DNA from: Chlorokybus atmophyticus
Taxonomy: Eukaryota; Plantae; Mesostigma and Chlorokybus algae
Length of the DNA stretch: 42,024 nucleotides
Assembly: GCA_009103225.1 (NCBI GenBank)
Contig: RHPI01002116.1
Span: 1-42,024, forward strand
Direction: 5' to 3'
Of this stretch, positions 34,690-42,024 are shown piece by piece; the stretch's first letter is position 1; each line of letters starts with the position of its first letter. The position numbers and the translations under genes were made by a program. The notes below the pieces were generated by a model, which was given only the letters and a program-made list of their open reading frames with translations, searched no databases and was not told the DNA's origin.

Positions 34690-34907
<218 letters not shown>

Positions 34908-37744
34908 NTATCGGAAATGAGTATTCGACACCGTGTGCTACATAGCAATAAACACTAAGCACCTTAGGACAGGACTACAACAGTGTGCGTTTTATGCAAC
35001 GTGCAGCAGCTTGTCACCTCGCATGGTGTGTACTGGCCATGGCCTATGTGAACGCTCCATCTGCGCCATCCAGCCATTGGATCTTAGGCAAATTGCAAGT
35101 GGTATGCCCTTTAGAAGTACACCGACAACAGATAAGGAAGCCAGTCCGGTGTCTGCCATCACTCTCAGTGAGTAAGCAAAAGAGCATCCACTTTGGGGTG
35201 CAATAGTGCATCATGCAGTTGTTGCGTTCAGCGCTACTAGTAGTTAACGGTGTAGGTGTTGGCAACAAGGCTTTACACAAGGCTTTGAGCCTGCTCAAGC
35301 ACTCACTTGCACTAAGCGCAACGCACAGCGCAGGCCATTGCAGTTGCAAAGCGAAAATCGCCAATCATGCGGCATTGCGAGCCGCTTAAATCAAGCACAT
35401 ATATATCCCACCGAAGGCAACCACTGGTTGATCTCCTTAGTGTGTACCATGGGGGAAGGCTCGCACACCTTCAACAGCTTTGTTGCGCTACCTCCGTAGC
35501 GAAAGCGACAGTTGTGCTGCGGGGTCGCTGCCGTTGAGCCACAGTCCGCAAGTTTTAGGGTTGCAACCTGCAGTTGGACACCTTTTAACAGCTGTACCAT
35601 CGACAATGTCAGTTTGGCAGATATCATAGAACGTGGTAATTTGTAGCGCCAGCACACACAAAACAGTAGTGCTACAGTCAGCTGCCATAGAGCTACTCGC
35701 CTCAACTGTAGCGCAGTTGGCAGAATTTATAGCTGCCACTTGCAGTGTCCTCATAGCTGCCCATCGCACCACTGCTGAGCAACAACGGCCATCTTACCGC
35801 TCACAGCTATCGATTGAGGAATAGCTTGCAGCACTTATTTCAATGCCCTCACAGGGGCCGTTTGGGCATGTGCATATGCGTGCATGCACACGGCTTCCGC
35901 ATCAAGCCCAGCCATGTATGAAACGTGTTGGTGGCAGTTGACACATGTCCGTTTGCGCTGATGGTTTGCTGCCTGTAGATTGTCATTGTTGCACTTGTGT
36001 TGGCGACCTGCTATGCCACACCAAGTGGCAGTGCAATAAGGTGACCTTGATGCACTACATAACCCCACCCATGTACACACAAGCACCCAGCTAAGTGCAC
36101 ATACGCATGTACGCGCACAACGTGCGTCTGTGGGCGTAACCGGGCAGTGAGTGCATGTTGTACAATAAGCACTGCGCGGCACGGTACCCCACGCACATGA
36201 TAGACAGCTTGATGGCGGCAATGCACACTGGGACGGAAGTTGCACAATAATTTGCGTTGCAGTGCACAGCTGCAGTTAGCGCAGCTTAGCAGCTTTCACT
36301 GAGTGGGTTGATGGAAAACAAAACCAGTGAGTGCATTGAAAACCACAATTTGCGGTTTTCAATGCACTATTCAATTTAAATATGGGCAAACTGCTGCCAC
36401 CTTGCTCTCTCCGCCGCGAGCTGTGCGCGAGGAGTGTTTGTCCCCACGACATCAACGGCGCTAGCGGACGTAGCTGCTTGAACTTTGGATGTGCTTGTGT
36501 AGTTGTGGCTGTTAGCATGAGTATGACTAAATGGCCCGCGTTGCCCATGTAATGTATTGATCTGAGCGACAAGCCTGCCCCACACAATGCCATATTGAAA
36601 CGGCTTGCGCAGCGGGAGCTTATTTGCGCAAGCCGTTTCGAATCCATTATAGGGTTGATGTTCCCTTTTGAGGACGCTGTAGGGGTGGTGATAATGTGAA
36701 AGTTAGAGACGACCTGCCCCTGCCGGTGATCATGACACAATAATAATTAGGTCACAACTATGAAAGCAAAAGCCTAAACTGTTATCCTAAAAGTGTAGGG
36801 TAGGCTAAAGGACGATTGCACGTGGACTTTTGTGTGCATACCCTTAAGATCTATGAAACGGTGCGGTTGATGTCATCAAGTAAGAACAAGCGCATTGTAA
36901 TATGGGCCAGCAAAGTTGACTTCTGCATCCTACGTATAGACATTGTGAGTAAGTAATTGCTCAAGTGGGTTTATTGACATGTATGGATTACACTATCGTT
37001 CATTTACACCTTAACAGCTTTCACTTCATGCGCTTTCCTTCTTTGTGGAATCACATCGTCATTCTTTGATGCGCAACCGGTGCGCTAAATAAAGAGCACA
37101 GACATTTAGATGATTGAAAACAAGGTATCGCATTTGAATTCAACCTATAATGCTGTTTACAGCTTACGTAGGTTTCTGTAAGCTTTAAGTTCTATTTCAA
37201 TGTAACGAACAGCATGTTGCATTGATAAGTGCAAAGTGTCTACACACAAACCCACGCTCATCGTTGCTTTACGTAATAGTTGGCCCATTCGTGATACAGC
37301 AATGGCCGCGTGTGAATTGACAGTATTACTATTAATGCTTAACACATAGTACTTAATATATATAATTAGTATGGGAATCGGTCTCAGTGGAAGGAGTCGT
37401 TTACATTATGTGCCGCAAGTAACGACGACTTTCACTACTTTATTTGCATGTACATTCAATGCGAAACGACAATGCACATGCATATGTGTTATCTATGCAT
37501 TGTGAGTGAGTTCTTGCGTGAATGGCATGCATAACACTATGCATACAGTGCGCTTATCCTGCACACACACTCATTACGCATGAAGAAGTTTGCAATACGA
37601 CTCAATGAGGACGTCTTTGCTATGCAGAACACCCACTACATGCGATAGTTACGGCAGCATAAGTAGTAGTGGTTACGTATGTCATAATGGCCTTTGAGTA
37701 TGCGTAATAGATGCATCAAGGGCTGTTACATCAATTCTGAGAAG

Positions 37745-38108
37745 TTTTACCCACACACAAACACATCTTTCTACACACCCGCACATGCGTGTCCTGCAGT
37801 TTGTGTGCATAGATGCGCACATACTCACAACACACGCATGGCCCCCCGCCCCTCCCACACGAGGCGCATGCGCATGTGATTGTTGGACACTTTGCTTGTT
37901 GGTGTGATTAACAGAGTAGGAGCTTAATGTATTAGGTAGAGTTGGCAGCCCACTGGTGAACTGCTGGTGTTGTGTGTCAGCATGAAGTGGCATGTGTGAC
38001 TGCTGAATGTTGTACATGACATTGTGTGCTTGACACCATGCATGCTACTATTATAGCATGCTATCACTTGTACACATCCACCAACACCACGACCCACACA
38101 TACAAATG

Positions 38109-38139
<31 letters not shown>

Positions 38140-38880
38140 CNNNNNNNNNNNNNNNNNNNNNNNNNNNNNNNNNNNNNNNNNNNNNNNNNNNNNNNNNNNN
38201 NNNNNNNNNNNNNNNNNNNNNNNNNNNNNNNNNNNNNNNNNNNNNNNNNNNNNNNNNNNNNNNNNNNNNNNNNNNNNNNNNNNNNNNCCCCCCCCCCCCC
38301 CCCCCCCCGGGGGGGGAATGTAGTGCTGCCGGTGCTAAGGCAAGCTGTAGTGGTTGGCATGCCGCCTAATGCACTTGACGTTCGTGGCCGATACGGTGTT
38401 TGCGGAGGCTACAACATCATCCTGTGCGGTTGGGTTGTGACTGCTTGCAACTGCACTTGAATTTTCCTTCAACTTGTTGGATGCTTTTATGACTCAGTTT
38501 TGCGACGTCTGTTGTGTGGTTCAGTGGCGGTAATAGGTAGGCAAACACTAAGCTGCGTTTTGCGGTTGTTGCTTCAGCAGAGAGCCCACCACCGCTTCTT
38601 ACTCCCTGCCGCGGAAACCACAACCAGCTCTGCTACACTGGCACACCATCGTGTTGTGTCACTCGTTGAGAAGCCAATGTATTCTTGCGTGCGTCACAGT
38701 TTATTGTACAGTGCTGTGCCATGCGTTTGGGTTTTGGGACTACTTCACCTCTGCAAGGACCAAGGACTATGTCACGGCGGAGGTGAGCGGTGGTGCGGCT
38801 GCGCTGCGCCTCATGCCGTGTCCTGTAGTATACAATTGTGAGTGCAAGTGCATGTGAGCGTGCGCGTGCCGGATGTTATG
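37745..38880 (+). repeat. Diverged segmental duplicate, copy 2
   Basis: Same blocks as 32600-33720, including AG...GT-bounded exon-like pieces. Confidence 0.75.
38117..38316. other. Poly-C tract with assembly gap (N 38141-38287) followed by G8
   Basis: C24, 147 N, C21, G8. Confidence 1.
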
Positions 38881-38990
38881 CACTTATAGATGCCCAGATG
38901 CGATCAAGCATATACAATTTGCATGTGCATGCGTGCGCGCCACCACGGCATGCCCGTGTGTGCAAAGCAGCAGGTAACCTGCAGCTTATT

Positions 38991-39662
38991 TGTGACGGTG
39001 CTCGTGCCTTGCTACCTGTGAGTTGGTCCAATCCACAACCTTCTCACCAAGGCACAGTATTCACACCGGAACCTTGCCCCCTCTGCCAAACACACACACG
39101 CGCCCCGCCACTCGCGTACGCACGCGCATGCGCTCGAAGCTACACACCGACTTGTGTAGCGCCTTGGATCGTCACACAAGCAAGTACACACCAGTGGCCA
39201 CACGCTAGCAACCCCTGCTAACCACCACCAAGCTTGCACACCAGAAACTAGGGAGCTAAAGGTTGTATTGCAAATTGTAGAATGTCACTTTTATACCTAC
39301 CAGTCTGCACATGCTACTGTCTAGACGATTCTAGCGCTAGACGGAACTAGAAGCTAAGATATTCTTGCAGAATCTTGTAGTACACTTCTAGACCTTTCCA
39401 ACGCACCAAAGATCTCCTAATTTGCTGCTCATATGGTCAAGTTATACTACTTGGCGCCAGGCCCTTCCAGAAATCTGGTCGAGCCCTTCTCGACTGGCCC
39501 TCCGTTTTCTGGCACCTTCCGGACTGGTCTTGGGGCCCCGGTCGATATCCGCGGCAGACTCATAACTCGCCGATATCCGCCACAAGTCATTAAAAACATG
39601 TACCTTACAAATAAGGCCTAAAACGGCCATGAAAATCACAGAATTTGGCCTTGACTGTTACA
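38991..39662 (-). repeat. Chromovirus 3' LTR (672 bp, TGTAACA...CGTCACA)
   Basis: Preceded on the minus strand by PPT GGGGGGGGAGGAG. About 10 differences from 41039-41711. Confidence 0.95.
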
Positions 39663-41028
39663 CTCCTCCCCCCCCAGGTGAGCTTCGTCCTCGAAGCTCG
39701 CGAGGTTGTCGTCGAGCAAGATAGGCACGCACAACGTCTTGAGCATTAGTCAAGTGTGCCTCTGGCTCCCAGGATGCTTCATGCAACGGATAGCCCTTCC
39801 ATTTCACTAAGAACTTGCGTACGCCATGCACAAACTTCTCACCAAGGATGTCTTCTACCTCCCACTCGGGTTCACCGTCCGTGCCAACTTCGGGGGGTGG
39901 CCTTTCTGGCGGTTGTCCTCGATATGCTTTCAGAAGGGAAACGTGAAAAACGGGGTGCACACGCATGGTGTCAGGTAGCTCCAACTTGTACGCCACGTCC
40001 GAGATAACTTTGCTGACCTTAAATGGTCCCAACCAGCGTTCATTCAGCTTGCGAACTCCCGTACGCACCTGGACGTGCTTCGCGGAGAGTAACACAATGT
40101 CGCCTTCCTGAAACGTGAGGTGTCGGCGATGCGCGTCCGCGTACTGCTTCTGCCGATTTTGTGCCACCAATAACGCATCCCTAGCTGCCTTGTTAATGTC
40201 CGCGCACTTTGTAAGGAAGTCATTAGCTGCCTCCACACGCACGTCATGTCGTCGCGGTGTCCATGCCGTCAACGGTGTCAATGGATGTTGCCCGTAGTTC
40301 ATAAGGAAGGGAGTGACACCTGTGCTTGCATTGTGGTGGTTGTTGATCGCAAACTCAACCAACTCAAGCAGCTCCTCCCAATTGTCTTGTCGCGCGTTAA
40401 CGTAGCAACGCAGCATGTCCTCGATCACACGGTTGGCCCGCTCCGTTTGCCCATCAGTTTGCGGGTGGAATGCCGTGCTAAACTTCAGTGTGGTACCCAG
40501 TGCACTATGCAGCGCCTCCCAAAACTTACTTGTAAAGCGCGGGTCGCGATCACTCACAATGCTTCGTGGTAATCCATGAGAACGAAATACATGCTTCACG
40601 AACAAGCGTGCTGCCTCCGGTGCCGTGCAAGACTCACTGCACGGTGCCAAGCGTACCATTTTGCTGGTTTTATCGACGAACACAAGTATAGCGTCGTACC
40701 CTTCTTTTGTCTTTGGTAGCCCCGTGATAAAGTCCATGGTAACTTGCTCCCACTTGGACAATGGCACAGGGAGAGGTTGCAGCAACCCACCTGGCTTTTG
40801 GTTGCTTGCCTTCACCCTTTGGCATGCGTCGCACAACGCCACGTAGTCGCGCACATCGCGATGCATCTCTCGCCAGTAAAAACGATGTTTTAAGCTTGCC
40901 AAAGTCCTTTCCAACCCTTGGTGACCAGCAATGGGCACGTCATAAGCTTCCTTCAGCAACTTCACGCGGATATGCGCGACGTTGGGGATGTATAAGCGCC
41001 CGTGGTGCCACAGCAGCCCGTCGCGCAT
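39658..41028 (-). CDS. Integrase plus chromodomain (open frame, 456 aa from ATG 41028)
   Basis: GHQG...CDAC, MDFIT, VSDRD, QTERAN, then EWEVEDIL...FLVKWKGY...SWEP. First HHCC His reads Tyr. The stop falls inside the LTR (TG TAA CA). Confidence 0.85.
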   Translation of the reverse strand: MRDGLLWHHGRLYIPNVAHIRVKLLKEAYDVPIAGHQGLERTLASLKHRFYWREMHRDVRDYVALCDACQRVKASNQKPGGLLQPLPVPLSKWEQVTMDFITGLPKTKEGYDAILVFVDKTSKMVRLAPCSESCTAPEAARLFVKHVFRSHGLPRSIVSDRDPRFTSKFWEALHSALGTTLKFSTAFHPQTDGQTERANRVIEDMLRCYVNARQDNWEELLELVEFAINNHHNASTGVTPFLMNYGQHPLTPLTAWTPRRHDVRVEAANDFLTKCADINKAARDALLVAQNRQKQYADAHRRHLTFQEGDIVLLSAKHVQVRTGVRKLNERWLGPFKVSKVISDVAYKLELPDTMRVHPVFHVSLLKAYRGQPPERPPPEVGTDGEPEWEVEDILGEKFVHGVRKFLVKWKGYPLHEASWEPEAHLTNAQDVVRAYLARRQPRELRGRSSPGGGGV

Positions 41029-41038
41029 TGACCAGTGC

Positions 41039-41711
41039 TGTGACGGTGCTCGTGCCTTGCTACCTGTGAGTTGGTCCAATCCACAACCCTCTCACCAAGA
41101 CACGGTATTCACACCGGAACCTTGCCCCCTCTGCCAAGCACACACGCGCGCCCCGCCACTCGCGTACGCACGCGCATGCGCTCGAAGCTACACACCGACT
41201 TGTGTAGCGCCTTGGATCGTCACACAAGCAAGCACACACCGGTGGACACACGCTAGCAACCCCTGCTAACCACCACCAAGCTTGCACACAAGAAACTAGG
41301 GAGCTAAAGGTTGTATTGCAAATTGTAGAATGTCACTTTTATACCTACCAGTCTGCACATGCTACTGTCTAGACGATTCTAGCGCTAGACGGAACTAGAA
41401 GCTAAGATATTCTTGCAGAATCTTGTAGTACACTTCTAGACCTTTCCAACGCACCAAAGATCTCCTAATTTGCTGCTCATATGGTCAAAATTATACTACT
41501 TGGCGCCAGGCCCTTCCAGAAATCTGGTCGAGCCCTTCTCGACTGGCCCTCCGTTTTCTGGCACCTTCCGGACTGGTCTTGGGGCCCCGGTCGATATCCG
41601 CGGCAGACTCATAACTCGCCGATATCCGCCACAAGTCATTAAAAACATGTACCTTACAAATAAGGCCTAAAACGGCCATGAAAATCACAGAATTTGGCCT
41701 TGACTGTTACA
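41039..41711 (-). repeat. Second chromovirus LTR (673 bp)
   Basis: Near-identical to 38991-39662 and has its own upstream PPT. Confidence 0.95.
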
Positions 41712-42024
41712 CTCCTCCCCCCCCAGGTGAGCTTCGTCCTCGAAGCTCGCGAGGGTGTCGTCGAGCAAGATAGGCACGCACAACGTCTTGAGCATTAGTC
41801 AAGTGTGCCTCTGGCTCCCAGGATGCTTCATGCAACGGATAGCCCTTCCATTTCACTAAGAACTTGCGTACGCCATGCACAAACTTCTCACCAAGGATGT
41901 TATCTACCTCCCACTCGGGTTCACCGTCCGTGCCAACTCCGGGGGGTGGCCTTTCTGGCGGTTGTCCTCGATATGCTTTCAGAAGGGAGACGTGAAAAAC
42001 GGGGTGCACACGCATGGTGTCGGG
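41707..42024 (-). CDS. Integrase C-terminus and chromodomain of the second chromovirus copy (partial)
   Basis: Near-identical to 39658-39975. Confidence 0.9.
   Translation of the reverse strand, partial: PDTMRVHPVFHVSLLKAYRGQPPERPPPGVGTDGEPEWEVDNILGEKFVHGVRKFLVKWKGYPLHEASWEPEAHLTNAQDVVRAYLARRHPRELRGRSSPGGGGV

Larger units (their letters stand above)
38991..42024 (-). mobile_element. Ty3/Gypsy chromovirus 3' ends, two copies nested or in tandem (continues beyond window)
   Basis: LTR - IN/chromodomain - LTR - second IN/chromodomain tail. Confidence 0.93.

Overview
Eukaryotic DNA, probably from a green alga (inferred from half-tRNA-type Copia PBSs, GT-AG exon fragments and microsatellites; the species cannot be identified). 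Most of the window is a nest of LTR retrotransposons. The backbone is one decayed Ty3/Gypsy-like element (3947-30025, 4-bp TSD ATCA, about 10.9 kb once inserts are removed). Its polyprotein is ordered Gag(2xCCHC) - long unknown region - protease - C5 DNA cytosine methyltransferase - RT - RNase H - DDE integrase - PHD finger. The ORF track hides this because three full-length Copia copies and one solo LTR, each with its own 5-bp TSD, split the reading frame, one of them inside the methyltransferase. The termini are not ordinary LTRs but split direct repeats, B1-body-A1-gc-B2-A2. Both outer ends map to the internal palindrome GACAGCTGTC. There is no tRNA PBS; a perfect 15-bp Tf1-like self-priming complement is present instead. 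The window also holds a fourth Copia copy (left edge), a DDHD/SGR2-like phospholipase pseudogene, a diverged ~1.1-kb duplication beside two assembly gaps, and two nested or tandem chromovirus 3' ends (right edge). All alignments and difference counts were done by eye and no database was searched.
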